DNA from: Clostridiales bacterium DTU073
GTDB taxonomy: Bacteria; Bacillota; Peptococcia; DRI-13; DTU073
Direction of reading: 5' to 3'
NCBI GenBank assembly: GCA_001512665.1
Contig: LFSF01000025.1
Coordinates: 3,926 to 67,925, forward strand
DNA: 64,000 nt
Positions within the stretch are counted from its first letter, which is position 1. Every line of letters begins with the position of its first letter. The translations under genes were made by a program, and so were the position numbers. Positions 48,344-57,783 of the stretch are shown here, one piece after another. The notes beneath the pieces are model-generated. The model saw only the letters and a program-made list of their open reading frames with translations. It did not search any database and was not told the origin of the DNA.

Positions 48344-49141
48344 ATGGGAGAAGTTTTAGTTATTACCTCTGGGAAAGGCGGAGTCGGTAAAACCACAACA
48401 TCTGCCAATATCGGCACAGGTTTGGCTTCAATAGGAAAAAAGGTGGTTATGGTAGATACCGATATTGGGTTGAGAAATTTAGATGTTGTGATGGGTTTAG
48501 AAAATAGAATCGTATATGACTTAGTTGATGTGGTACAAGGCAACTGTCGCTTGAAGCAGGCGTTGATTAAAGATAAAAGATTCGAAAGTCTCTGCCTATT
48601 ACCTGCGGCTCAGACTAAGGATAAATCGGCGATCACACCGGAACAGATGAAAGAATTATGTGTAAAATTGAAACAAGAGTTTGATTATGTGATTATTGAC
48701 TGTCCGGCTGGGATTGAAGGTGGCTTTAAGAATGCCACTGCCGGTGCTGATAAAGCAATTGTGGTAACAACACCGGAAATTTCTGCAGTACGTGATGCTG
48801 ACAGAATTATTGGTCTTTTGGAAGCAGCCGAATTACGCAATCCTAAATTGTTGATCAATCGTATTCGTCCCAGCATGGTTAAAAAAGGCGATATGATGGA
48901 TATTGATGATATTATTGATATTTTAGCTATAGATCTATTAGGAGTAATCCCGGAAGATGAAGCGATTGTTATCTCTTCAAACAGAGGGGAACCTGTAGCT
49001 TTAGATATGAATTCTCAAGCCGGACAGGCATACAGAAATATTGCCAGAAGAATAACGGGCGAAGATATCCCTTTACTCTCTTTGGAAGTAGATGAAGGGA
49101 TTTTAGGGAAATTAAAAAAATTCTTCGGTTTTAATGAATAA
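48344..49141 (+). CDS. minD: Septum site-determining ATPase MinD
   Basis: Deviant Walker A SGKGGVGKTT and a C-terminal amphipathic helix (LGKLKKFFGF). Confidence 0.96.
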   Translation: MGEVLVITSGKGGVGKTTTSANIGTGLASIGKKVVMVDTDIGLRNLDVVMGLENRIVYDLVDVVQGNCRLKQALIKDKRFESLCLLPAAQTKDKSAITPEQMKELCVKLKQEFDYVIIDCPAGIEGGFKNATAGADKAIVVTTPEISAVRDADRIIGLLEAAELRNPKLLINRIRPSMVKKGDMMDIDDIIDILAIDLLGVIPEDEAIVISSNRGEPVALDMNSQAGQAYRNIARRITGEDIPLLSLEVDEGILGKLKKFFGFNE

Positions 49142-49159
49142 GTAAGGAGGTAGTTAGAT

Positions 49160-49420
49160 ATGGATATTTTGGGAAAGGGAACAGGGAAACAGGTACCTCC
49201 CAGTAAGAATATTGCTAAGGAGAGACTACGTTTAGTCTTAGTTCATGATCGAGCCAGTATTTCTCCCCAGCTTTTGGAGGATTTAAAAGAGGATATGCTC
49301 AAAGTTATTTCTACTTATATGGAAATAGATGTTAAAGGTACTGAGGTTACACTTAATTCTAGTGATACTTCCGTAGCTTTAGTAGCTAATATTCCTGTGT
49401 TGAAGATTAATAGAATTTAA
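49160..49420 (+). CDS. minE: Cell division topological specificity factor MinE
   Basis: 86 aa. Motif S...AKERL.LVL.HDR, positioned directly after minD. Confidence 0.88.
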   Translation: MDILGKGTGKQVPPSKNIAKERLRLVLVHDRASISPQLLEDLKEDMLKVISTYMEIDVKGTEVTLNSSDTSVALVANIPVLKINRI

Positions 49421-49500
49421 ATTTGCATAAAAGTGGCAAAAGATAATCCTTGGGAAGATACCGTTCTAGGGTTATAATGGTAAAGGAACGGGGTGAAGCT

Positions 49501-50634
49501 ATGCGTTTATCGAAGCTAATAAAAAGCCTTGATTATACTCTTTTGGGGGTTGTGGGGCTCATCCTTGTGATGGGTCTCTTTGTTTTACAAAGTGCTACTG
49601 TTAATGCCAGTGTGCGCTATGGCATGAACTTTGTTGCTCGCCAAGCTGCTTGGGCTGTCGTAGGTCTAGTTGCCTTTTTTTGTGTGTTGACTATTGATTA
49701 TAGTAAGTTTGCCAAATATGGCAAGCTGATCTATACAATAAATATATTGTTGCTTTTAGGAACACTAATTTTAGGTAGTGAAACGAAAGGGGCTCAAGCT
49801 TGGATCGAATTAGGTCCATTTAAATTTCAACCGGCAGAAGTGGCCAAAACTTTACTTATCTTGGGATTAGCCCAGTTTCTTGTCCCTAGGATTGGTAAGC
49901 TTAAAACTTTTAAGGAATTGCTGCCCGTTTTTATTTATGTCGCTATTCCGCTTTTACTTATTCTAAAACAGCCGGATTTAGGTACGGGACTTGTTTATGT
50001 GGCGATTATGTTTGGAATGTTGTTAGTAGCCGGAGCCTCTCCCGGTCTACTGTTTTTATTAGTGGGAAGTGGTATCGGTCTAATCGCCTTAGCTATATAC
50101 GGGCACTTTGCTTGGGGTTGGTGGCTCCCTTTGGAGAACTATCAGATCAATCGTTTAATTGTTTTTATTGATCCGATGATTGATCCACGAGATTCAGGTT
50201 GGCATGTTATTCAGTCTCAGATTGCCGTCGGTTCAGGTGGACTTTGGGGTAAAGGCTGGGGGATGGGTTCTCAGAATATCAATGATTTTTTACCTGAACA
50301 GTGGACAGATTTTATTTTTTGTGTTCTGGCAGAGGAATTTGGCTTTGTTGGCTCTGCATTTATGCTCTTGTTGTTTTTCTATTTAATCTATCGTGGGATT
50401 ATGATTGCCCGTGAGGCTAAAGATACTTATGGAGCTTTGATTGCCATTGGTGTTGTTTCTATGTTTGTTTTTCATATTCTGCAGAATATTGGAATGAGCA
50501 TTGGGATTATGCCCATTACGGGTATACCTTTACCATTTGTTAGTTATGGAGGAAGTTCCTTATTGGCCAATATGATCGCCTTAGGTTTATTAATGAACGT
50601 TTTTGTTTATAATGAGGACCGAATTATGTTTTAA
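49501..50634 (+). CDS. rodA: SEDS-family peptidoglycan glycosyltransferase RodA
   Basis: FtsW/RodA/SpoVE motifs (QPDLGT, LPE..TDFIF, G.PLPFVSYGGSS), positioned after minCDE. ATG 49501 is preferred over the track start at 49450. Confidence 0.9.
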   Translation: MRLSKLIKSLDYTLLGVVGLILVMGLFVLQSATVNASVRYGMNFVARQAAWAVVGLVAFFCVLTIDYSKFAKYGKLIYTINILLLLGTLILGSETKGAQAWIELGPFKFQPAEVAKTLLILGLAQFLVPRIGKLKTFKELLPVFIYVAIPLLLILKQPDLGTGLVYVAIMFGMLLVAGASPGLLFLLVGSGIGLIALAIYGHFAWGWWLPLENYQINRLIVFIDPMIDPRDSGWHVIQSQIAVGSGGLWGKGWGMGSQNINDFLPEQWTDFIFCVLAEEFGFVGSAFMLLLFFYLIYRGIMIAREAKDTYGALIAIGVVSMFVFHILQNIGMSIGIMPITGIPLPFVSYGGSSLLANMIALGLLMNVFVYNEDRIMF

Positions 50635-50640
50635 AAAAAT

Positions 50641-50673
50641 CCCCTTCCGTTTAAACACGGAGGGGTATTTTTT
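50641..50673 (+). terminator. Rho-independent terminator after rodA
   Basis: CCCCTTCCGT / ACGGAGGGG stem, loop TTAAAC, T-rich tail. Confidence 0.8.
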
Positions 50674-50702
50674 ATGAAAATGGTTATTAATTAAATGTTT
50701 AG

Positions 50703-50948
50703 TTATTCAATATCTAAGGTATTAAGCTTTACTGTGGGCTCATTCTTTAAGTCGTTAATAAGTTTGTCCACTTCTTCTTGATTACCGTGTACAACAAGAA
50801 TAATCAGACCTTTGTTGGCACATCCCTCTATTTCGTGAACTCCTAAACGAATTTTAATAATGCAGCCGTGTTTTGTTAAGATTTCTTGAAAGCTGGGAGC
50901 TTCTTCGTTGCGTTTTTCTAAAACAACTGAGATAATTTTATTGACCAT
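50703..50948 (-). CDS. Small ACT/NikR-C-like protein, possibly a TM1266-family (iron-only hydrogenase system) regulator
   Basis: 81 aa from ATG 50948 (AAGGAG SD 10 nt upstream). The beta-alpha-beta-beta-alpha-beta pattern IISVVLEKR......ILTKHG.II..RLGV......GLIILVV.G......L...L resembles my recollection of that family. This call is not verified. Confidence 0.4.
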   Translation of the reverse strand: MVNKIISVVLEKRNEEAPSFQEILTKHGCIIKIRLGVHEIEGCANKGLIILVVHGNQEEVDKLINDLKNEPTVKLNTLDIE

Positions 50949-51069
50949 TAGTTTCACGCTCCTTTTATTTTGTTGTTTTAGTTCATATTATTGCATATGA
51001 ATGGTAATATTATGTAATGCAACATGAAAAAGCTTATGCTTATATATACGGAGAAAGGTGGAATGATTT

Positions 51070-51258
51070 ATGAAGGTAAAAGTTGATCCGGATGAATGTA
51101 TTTCCTGTGGTGCATGTATTAGTATTGCTCCAGATGTTTACGATTGGGACGAGGATGGGAAAGCTAAAGCTATTGAAGGGGATGTACCTCAGGATCAGGA
51201 AGAAGCTGCAAGAGAAGCATTGGAAAGTTGCCCGACAGAAGCGATAAAAGAAGTTTAG
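51070..51258 (+). CDS. fdx: Small ferredoxin (single-cluster 4Fe-4S type)
   Basis: 62 aa. Motifs CISCGAC....P and a distal CP, with an acidic composition typical of Thermotoga/Bacillus-type monocluster ferredoxins. Confidence 0.85.
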   Translation: MKVKVDPDECISCGACISIAPDVYDWDEDGKAKAIEGDVPQDQEEAAREALESCPTEAIKEV

Positions 51259-51422
51259 GAAACACAACCCGGGAATAGCTCTCGGGTATTTTCCGTTTTT
51301 TACGGAAAGGGTTGTCTTTTCCCCTGAAGAAAGGGTATAATTTAATTAGCAAATATGTCATAAATAGAAAAGACCAACGTATTATGGAAACAATTAGTAA
51401 GATAAATAATAGTGAATCTAGC

Positions 51423-51450
51423 TTGACAATATTTGCTGATACAATATAAT
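51423..51450 (+). promoter_or_regulatory. Near-consensus sigma-A promoter upstream of mecA
   Basis: TTGACA (51423-51428), 16-nt spacer, TATAAT (51445-51450). Confidence 0.6.
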
Positions 51451-51499
51451 AATGTTACATTGCCTCCAGTATAAACGAGGATAATGAGGAGGTGGGCTT

Positions 51500-52108
51500 A
51501 TGATTATTAAGAAGATTAATGAGAACAAAGTCCAGATAATTATTACCAGACAGGATTTGGAGGAAAGAGATTTTAAAAAATGGGAGTGGATGCCTTTAAA
51601 TCCCAAAGCTCACGAATTGTTTCAAGATTTACTTGACTTTGCCTACCATGAATGCGGGTTTGAAATCGAAGAAGATTCTCAGTTAATAGTAGAAGCTTAT
51701 CCTTTATCGGTAGATAAGATAGCGGTAATTATGACAAAAGTACATCCTACACATGATGAGGATATTCGTAGTTGTTTTACTTATTGGCAGGATGATGAAC
51801 AAGAAGATGATAGTGAACCAATTATAACCAAAGGAAATGCTCAGGTTTGGCGGTTCTCTGATTTAGAAACTTGTATTCAAGCATGTGCCAGAGTTGTGCC
51901 TGATTATATTGTAACTAGTTCTTTATACAAATATCAGGAAGAGTACTATCTGGCAGTTACCACAATTCCTTTAGGTAAGGAAGAAGTTAGTGCTGTTCTG
52001 GGTGAGTATGGAGAATGGTTGCCCACAGACGCTGCTTTTTTTGCAGAACATGGTAAAACAATCCTTAACCGAGAGGCAGTGGTTAATCTAGCCAGTTTAA
52101 TTCATTAA
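51500..52108 (+). CDS. mecA: Adaptor protein MecA (ClpC adaptor family)
   Basis: MIIKKINENKVQIIITRQDLEERDF.. matches the MecA N-terminus (M.IE.IN..T.......DL..R). It has an acidic linker and a C-terminal domain. Confidence 0.75.
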   Translation: MIIKKINENKVQIIITRQDLEERDFKKWEWMPLNPKAHELFQDLLDFAYHECGFEIEEDSQLIVEAYPLSVDKIAVIMTKVHPTHDEDIRSCFTYWQDDEQEDDSEPIITKGNAQVWRFSDLETCIQACARVVPDYIVTSSLYKYQEEYYLAVTTIPLGKEEVSAVLGEYGEWLPTDAAFFAEHGKTILNREAVVNLASLIH

Positions 52109-52153
52109 TTTGAGTCTACTGAATTTGTGAAATACGCAAATAGATGAAAAAGC

Positions 52154-52186
52154 AAGAGCCCTTGTGTTCAAGGGCTCTTCTTCTTA
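52154..52186 (+). terminator. Rho-independent terminator after mecA
   Basis: 11-bp stem AAGAGCCCTTG / CAAGGGCTCTT, loop TGTT, T-rich tail. Confidence 0.85.
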
Positions 52187-52296
52187 TGATTTTTTTGTAG
52201 GTTGTTTTTTGGTAATAAGGTATAATATAAACATATATATTATCTTTAAAGTAAAAAAACGGTAATAAAAGAATATTGATGAGGGGATCGTGAAAA

Positions 52297-53445
52297 ATGA
52301 ATAGGAAAAAACCAATAAGAACACTGATTTTTTCTGTTTCCATAGGCGCAGGGCATGATTCAGTTGCTCAAGCTATTGCAGAGAGATTATTGGTTGAGGC
52401 ACCGGGTTCCGAGGTAAAAATTATTGATACATTTCGCTATATCAATAGTGTTTTAAATAAGGTTGTCGTTGGGAGTTATATGGAAACTTTGCGTTTTACA
52501 CCTAAAGTTTGGGGGTATTTATATGATCAGGCTGAGGAAGGAGATAAGTTAGTAGAGTTTAGTCAACTCTTTGCTAAATTAATTTCCCGGAAGTTATCAC
52601 AATTAATCAATCAGGTAAATCCTCATGTTATTATTACCACACATGCATTTCCTACGGGGATGCTGGGACAGATGAAAGAAAAAGGGAAACTACATATACC
52701 TTTAGTCTCGGCTGTTACAGATTTTCATATTCATCCTATCTGGATCAGCAAGGGTGTAGATCTCTATTTTATTCATTCTGCTGATTTAGCTTATCCTTTA
52801 TTACAGGAAGGAATTACATGGGAGAAAATAAAACCTATTGGGATCCCCATTAGGATGCAATTTGGTCAGGAACTAAATCATAATGAGGTAAAAAAGGAAT
52901 TTGCTTTCACCGGTGATCCGGTGGTATTAGTTATGGGGGGAGGATTGGGTTTAGGGAGAATAGAAGTAATAACCCGGAAAATTCTTAGTGAGGAGCGATT
53001 TGGGGTTGTGGTAGTCGCCGGCAGGAATAAACGGCTTTATGAAAAATTAAACAGGATAAATAACCCTCGTCTCCGTGTGTTTGGTTATGTAGAGGATATG
53101 GCTAGGATAATCGCAGCTTGTGATTTAATTATCTCTAAACCGGGTGGGGTCACTTCTGCAGAAATTCTAGCTATGAAAAAACCTTTGATTATTTATACTT
53201 CTTTCCCCGGGCAGGAAGACAGAAATACAGATTATCTTTTGAATAGAGGTGCGGCGATTAAAGTCAAAAAGTTAGACATGCTTATTCCGGAATTTTCAGC
53301 ATTGTGGCAGAATCCCCTCAGATTGAGACAAATGAAAGAGATGGCCGAGCATTTAGGTTCTCCTCATTCCAGTAAATTAGCTTGGGATAATATTTGGCAG
53401 CATTTTGGAAACGAGATAGAAAGGAGTAGTTGCCAAAATGATTAA
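52297..53445 (+). CDS. MGDG-synthase/UgtP-like diacylglycerol glycosyltransferase (GT28 family)
   Basis: The N-terminus IFSVSIGAGHDSVAQAI is typical of UgtP/MGDG synthases. The C-terminal part has GT-B motifs (ISKPGG.T..E). Confidence 0.78.
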   Translation: MNRKKPIRTLIFSVSIGAGHDSVAQAIAERLLVEAPGSEVKIIDTFRYINSVLNKVVVGSYMETLRFTPKVWGYLYDQAEEGDKLVEFSQLFAKLISRKLSQLINQVNPHVIITTHAFPTGMLGQMKEKGKLHIPLVSAVTDFHIHPIWISKGVDLYFIHSADLAYPLLQEGITWEKIKPIGIPIRMQFGQELNHNEVKKEFAFTGDPVVLVMGGGLGLGRIEVITRKILSEERFGVVVVAGRNKRLYEKLNRINNPRLRVFGYVEDMARIIAACDLIISKPGGVTSAEILAMKKPLIIYTSFPGQEDRNTDYLLNRGAAIKVKKLDMLIPEFSALWQNPLRLRQMKEMAEHLGSPHSSKLAWDNIWQHFGNEIERSSCQND

Positions 53446-54520
53446 GAAATTAGGGGTTCTTACAGGGGGCGGGGATGCCCCTGGTTTAAACGGAGTAATT
53501 AGAGCAGTTGTAAAAACAGCACTGCATAATTATAATTTAGAAGTTGTGGGATTCCAGGACGGCTTTTACGGATTGGTAAAGAATAATTATCAGGTTCTGA
53601 CTATAGACAAAGTTTCCGGAATCTTACATAAAGGTGGGACTATTTTAGGAACAAATAATCGGGACAACCCTTTTCATTTTCCCGTGATGGAAAACGGAAA
53701 GAAAATTTATCGCGATCTTTCGGCCGAGGCATTGAAAAATATAGAAAGATTAGGTATTGATGTTTTAGTGGTCATCGGTGGTGATGGCAGCCTTAGTATT
53801 GCTAATGATTTTAGCAAGAAGGGGTTAAAGGTCATTGGTGTTCCTAAGACAATTGATAATGACCTTGATGCTACCGATGTAACCTTTGGTTTTGATACGG
53901 CTGTAACTACAGCTACGGAAGCGTTAGACAAGTTACATACCACCGCAGAATCACATCACCGGATTATGATCTTAGAAGTTATGGGGCGTTATGGTGGCTG
54001 GATTGCACTATACAGCGGGATAGCCGGTGGTGCAGACGTAATTTTGATTCCGGAAATTCCTTATGATTTAAAGAAAGTTAAACAGAAAATAGAAGAAAGA
54101 AAAGCCCAAGGCAAATTATTTAGCATTATAGTTGTCGCAGAAGGAGCAAAGCCTATTGGAGGGCAGATGACAGTAGCGAAAACGATTCAAGGTAGTTCAG
54201 ACCCGATCAGGTTAGGGGGTGTGGGTCAGCTTGTGGCAGAACAACTGACTCAACTTACCGGATTAGAAGCACGGGTAACTGTATTAGGCCATTTACAGCG
54301 AGGTGGCAGTCCCACGGCTTATGACCGTATTCTTTCTACACGTTTTGGCGTAAAGGCAGTAGAACAGGCGGTCGAGGGTCCATGGGGGACAATGGTGGCT
54401 TTGCATGGACAAGAGATTGTTTGTGTACAGTTGGCTCAAGCTGTGCAACATTTAAAAAAGGTAGATCCGCAGGGGGAATTGATTAAAGCGGCACGTGCAA
54501 CGGGTATATGTTTTGGTTGA
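53438..54520 (+). CDS. pfkA: 6-phosphofructokinase (PfkA family, long form)
   Basis: Motifs GVLTGGGDAPGLN, IGGDGS, PKTIDND, MGR and LGHLQRGG. Confidence 0.9.
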   Translation: MIKKLGVLTGGGDAPGLNGVIRAVVKTALHNYNLEVVGFQDGFYGLVKNNYQVLTIDKVSGILHKGGTILGTNNRDNPFHFPVMENGKKIYRDLSAEALKNIERLGIDVLVVIGGDGSLSIANDFSKKGLKVIGVPKTIDNDLDATDVTFGFDTAVTTATEALDKLHTTAESHHRIMILEVMGRYGGWIALYSGIAGGADVILIPEIPYDLKKVKQKIEERKAQGKLFSIIVVAEGAKPIGGQMTVAKTIQGSSDPIRLGGVGQLVAEQLTQLTGLEARVTVLGHLQRGGSPTAYDRILSTRFGVKAVEQAVEGPWGTMVALHGQEIVCVQLAQAVQHLKKVDPQGELIKAARATGICFG

Positions 54521-54555
54521 AACGTATTTGTGTTTAGCTTTAAGGGGGGTTAGCA

Positions 54556-55581
54556 ATGATTGTCGTCATGAAACCCAATCAGGGTGAGGACGTTATCCAA
54601 AAGGTTGTTAAAAAACTACAAAATAACGGCTATCGGATTTATGAGTCCAGAGGTGTAAATAATGTCCTGATCGCAGCTGTGGGCGGTGATGATAAGTATG
54701 ATTACATAAAGCAAGCTTTGGAGTCCATTGATGGCGTAGAGCGAGTCATCCCCATTTTTGCTCCTTATAAATTGGCGAGCAGGGAATTTCGAAAAGAAGA
54801 TACGGTAATTCGCGTAGGGGATCTTTCCATTGGGGGTAAGCAGTTGCAAATTATGGCAGGACCTTGTGCTGTGGAAAGCAGAGAACAGCTATTAGAGATC
54901 GCCACATTGGTTAGAGATAGTGGTGTCCGAATTTTAAGGGGAGGCGCCTATAAGCCCAGAACATCCCCTTATGCTTTTCATGGTTTAGAGGAAAAAGGAT
55001 TAGAGTATTTAGCTGAAGCACGCGAAAAAACAGGCTTATATATTGTTACAGAGGTCATGGATCCCCGTAAGGTAGAACTGGTGGCTCAATATGCCGATAT
55101 TTTGCAAATAGGAGCAAGAAATATGCAGAACTTTCCTCTTTTGATGGAGGTAGCCAAATATAATAAACCGGTGCTTTTGAAAAGGGGTTTAAGTGCTACG
55201 ATAGAGGAATGGATTATGGCCGCTGAATATATCATGTCGCAGGGAAATCATCAAGTAATTCTCTGTGAAAGAGGGATACGCTCATTTGAGTCTATCTATA
55301 CGCGTAATCTCTTAGACCTTTCGGTCGTGCCAATTCTAAAGGAGCTTACTCATTTGCCGGTAATTGTTGATCCCAGTCATGGTACAGGAAAATGGCGTTT
55401 AGTTGCCCCCATGGCTCGGGCAGCTATTGCCGCCGGTGCCGATGGTTTGATGATCGAAGTACATCATCATCCTGAGGAAGCTGTTTGTGATGGCCCGCAA
55501 TGCCTTAAACCGCGTGTCTTTAAAGAATTGTTAAAGGAAGTCGAGAAAATCGCCTCAGTAATGGGGAGAACGGGAGATTGA
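54556..55581 (+). CDS. aroF: 3-deoxy-7-phosphoheptulonate (DAHP) synthase, type I-beta with N-terminal ferredoxin-like regulatory domain
   Basis: 341 aa. A regulatory domain of about 70 aa is followed by AGPCAVES, LRGGAYKPRTSPY.F.G, DPSH and a KDO8PS/DAH7PS-like core. Confidence 0.9.
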   Translation: MIVVMKPNQGEDVIQKVVKKLQNNGYRIYESRGVNNVLIAAVGGDDKYDYIKQALESIDGVERVIPIFAPYKLASREFRKEDTVIRVGDLSIGGKQLQIMAGPCAVESREQLLEIATLVRDSGVRILRGGAYKPRTSPYAFHGLEEKGLEYLAEAREKTGLYIVTEVMDPRKVELVAQYADILQIGARNMQNFPLLMEVAKYNKPVLLKRGLSATIEEWIMAAEYIMSQGNHQVILCERGIRSFESIYTRNLLDLSVVPILKELTHLPVIVDPSHGTGKWRLVAPMARAAIAAGADGLMIEVHHHPEEAVCDGPQCLKPRVFKELLKEVEKIASVMGRTGD

Positions 55582-55587
55582 TTATTA

Positions 55588-56928
55588 GTGCAAAGGAAAG
55601 TTACTTCAGCCCGAAGATTAAGTGGAATTATTTCTGTTCCCGGGGACAAGTCCATATCCCATCGGGCGGTCATGATCGGAGCTTTAGCCGAAGGAACTAC
55701 TGAAATTGAAGGTTTTCTAGCTTCTGCCGATTGTTTACATACCTGTCAATGTCTGCGTCAACTGGGTGTATCTATTGAAAGAGAAGATGACGGTAGTAGA
55801 AATGATGATGGGTGCGGAAAAGATAAGCTGATCATCAAAGGACAGGGTTTGTGGGGTTTGCAGGAGCCGGCTGAAATACTGGATGCGGGCAATTCTGGGA
55901 CCACGATGCGTCTCTTGACAGGAATTTTGGCAGGACAGTCATTCACTTCATCTATTACCGGTGATGCTTCCCTTTGCCGACGACCAATGGAGCGGGTTGC
56001 TGTCCCCTTGCAACTAATGGGAGCGCGGATAACAGGCACACAGCTTTCGAGGCATCAGGGGGGGATTTATGCTCCTTTAATTATCAGCGGGGGAAATTTA
56101 CAGCCAATCAGTTATAAGTTACCGATAGCCAGTGCTCAAGTGAAATCGGCTTTGCTTTTAGCGGGTCTTTATACTCCGGGATGGACAGAGATCCTAGAAC
56201 CCGTTGTTACTCGTAATCATACTGAGTTAATGTTAGAAGCTTTTGGTGCACAGCTTGAACGGGAAGGACAAACGGTGCGCATCAAGGGACAATTGCCTTT
56301 AAAAGCTAGGAAAGTAACGATTCCGGGTGATCTTTCTTCAGCAGCATTTTTGTTGGTAGCCGGTCTAATCGTCCCTGACAGCAGGATCGTAATTAAGGGA
56401 GTAGGTTTGAATCCGACGCGTAGTGGGATTATTGAGGTTTTACAAGCCATGGGTGCGAAATTGCGGATAACAGATCAAGTGGAAATTGCCGGCGAATTGA
56501 GAGGAACGATTGAGGTTGAAAGCAGTTCTCTCCATGGTCTTTCTTTAGGTGGCGAGATCATTCCTCGGCTAATAGATGAACTGCCTATTTTAGCGGTAGC
56601 AAGTCTGTTTGCCTGTGGTGTCACGGAAATAAGGGATGCTCAGGAATTAAAAGTGAAGGAAAGTAACCGTCTCCAGGCTATATGTGCAGGACTGACTCGT
56701 TTAGGCGGTCAGGTGGAAGAACTGGACGATGGTTTACTTATTCGAGGTGGTGTTCCTTTACAAGGAGCCGTATGTCAAAGCTTTGGTGATCATCGAATTG
56801 CTATGGCTTTGGCGATAGTAGCTTTAGGTGCTAAAGGGGAAACTGTCATTGAGGATGCAGAGGTGGTTGAGGTTTCTTTTCCTGGTTTTTGGAGCTTGTT
56901 GGATCAACTAAGGAGTGGGGCTGAATGA
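55588..56928 (+). CDS. aroA: 3-phosphoshikimate 1-carboxyvinyltransferase (EPSP synthase)
   Basis: Motifs PGDKSISHR, NSGTTMRLL, ESNR and DHRIAMA. GTG start. Confidence 0.94.
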   Translation: MQRKVTSARRLSGIISVPGDKSISHRAVMIGALAEGTTEIEGFLASADCLHTCQCLRQLGVSIEREDDGSRNDDGCGKDKLIIKGQGLWGLQEPAEILDAGNSGTTMRLLTGILAGQSFTSSITGDASLCRRPMERVAVPLQLMGARITGTQLSRHQGGIYAPLIISGGNLQPISYKLPIASAQVKSALLLAGLYTPGWTEILEPVVTRNHTELMLEAFGAQLEREGQTVRIKGQLPLKARKVTIPGDLSSAAFLLVAGLIVPDSRIVIKGVGLNPTRSGIIEVLQAMGAKLRITDQVEIAGELRGTIEVESSSLHGLSLGGEIIPRLIDELPILAVASLFACGVTEIRDAQELKVKESNRLQAICAGLTRLGGQVEELDDGLLIRGGVPLQGAVCQSFGDHRIAMALAIVALGAKGETVIEDAEVVEVSFPGFWSLLDQLRSGAE

Positions 56929-57782
56929 TCGCAGTTAACGGGAAGACGAAAGTCTTTGCAGTATTGGGTGATCCTATTGAACATTCTTTGTCACCGGCAA
57001 TGTATAATGCGGCTTTTAAGGCTTTAGGGATGGATTGTATCTATATTGCTTTAAAGGTCGGGAAAAACCAATTGGCAGAAGCGGTACAAGGTTTGAAGGC
57101 TTTAGGGATTCAAGGCGGCAACGTTACCATGCCTTTGAAGAAGGAGATCATTCCCTATTTAGATGAATTAACGAAAGAGGCACAATTGATTGGAGCAGTG
57201 AATACCTTTTATTGGAAGGAAGGCCGCTTATGGGGTGATAATACTGATGGTTTAGGCTTTTATCTTGCCTTACAGGAAAGAGAACCAAATTTAGTAAAAA
57301 CTGAAGGAATTTTGCTTTTAGGTGCCGGAAGTGCAGCCAGGGCAGTGGCAGTTGCTTTAGCTTTAGCCGGAAAGAAGAACTTTACTATTGTTAATCGTAA
57401 TAGTGAGAACGCCAAAGATTTGGCTGTTTTATTAGAAAGTTTAGGTGCGAATGCCAGAGTTACGAATTGGGAGGACGAGAGGTTAAAAGAAATTTTTGCG
57501 GAGAACGTTTTGTTAATTAATGCTACACCTTTAGGGATGTTTCCACAGGAAAAAGAAAGTCTGCCCGTGGAAGAAAAATGGTTTTCTAAAGGGCAGATCG
57601 TAGTAGATTTAATTTATCAGCCGCGCGAGACTGTTTTTTTGCAGAAGGCTAAAGCGAGAGGATGTCATACATATAATGGGTTGCCAATGCTTTTAGCTCA
57701 AGGCATGCTTGCTTTTGAAAAGTGGTCAGGCCGGAAAGCACCTAAAGAGGTAATGAGTAATGAGTTAGAGAGGTGGGCGTAA
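56925..57782 (+). CDS. aroE: Shikimate dehydrogenase
   Basis: Motifs GDPI.HSLSP..YNAAF, N.T.P.K, NTD, GAGSAARAV and NAT. Confidence 0.92.
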   Translation: MIAVNGKTKVFAVLGDPIEHSLSPAMYNAAFKALGMDCIYIALKVGKNQLAEAVQGLKALGIQGGNVTMPLKKEIIPYLDELTKEAQLIGAVNTFYWKEGRLWGDNTDGLGFYLALQEREPNLVKTEGILLLGAGSAARAVAVALALAGKKNFTIVNRNSENAKDLAVLLESLGANARVTNWEDERLKEIFAENVLLINATPLGMFPQEKESLPVEEKWFSKGQIVVDLIYQPRETVFLQKAKARGCHTYNGLPMLLAQGMLAFEKWSGRKAPKEVMSNELERWA

Positions 57783-57783
57783 G

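Noticed and set aside
55783-55824. Insertion of about 14 aa (EDDGSRNDDGCGKD) in EPSP synthase
   Set aside because: It is a surface-loop length variation of a kind common in AroA. All catalytic motifs are intact and nothing further can be inferred.
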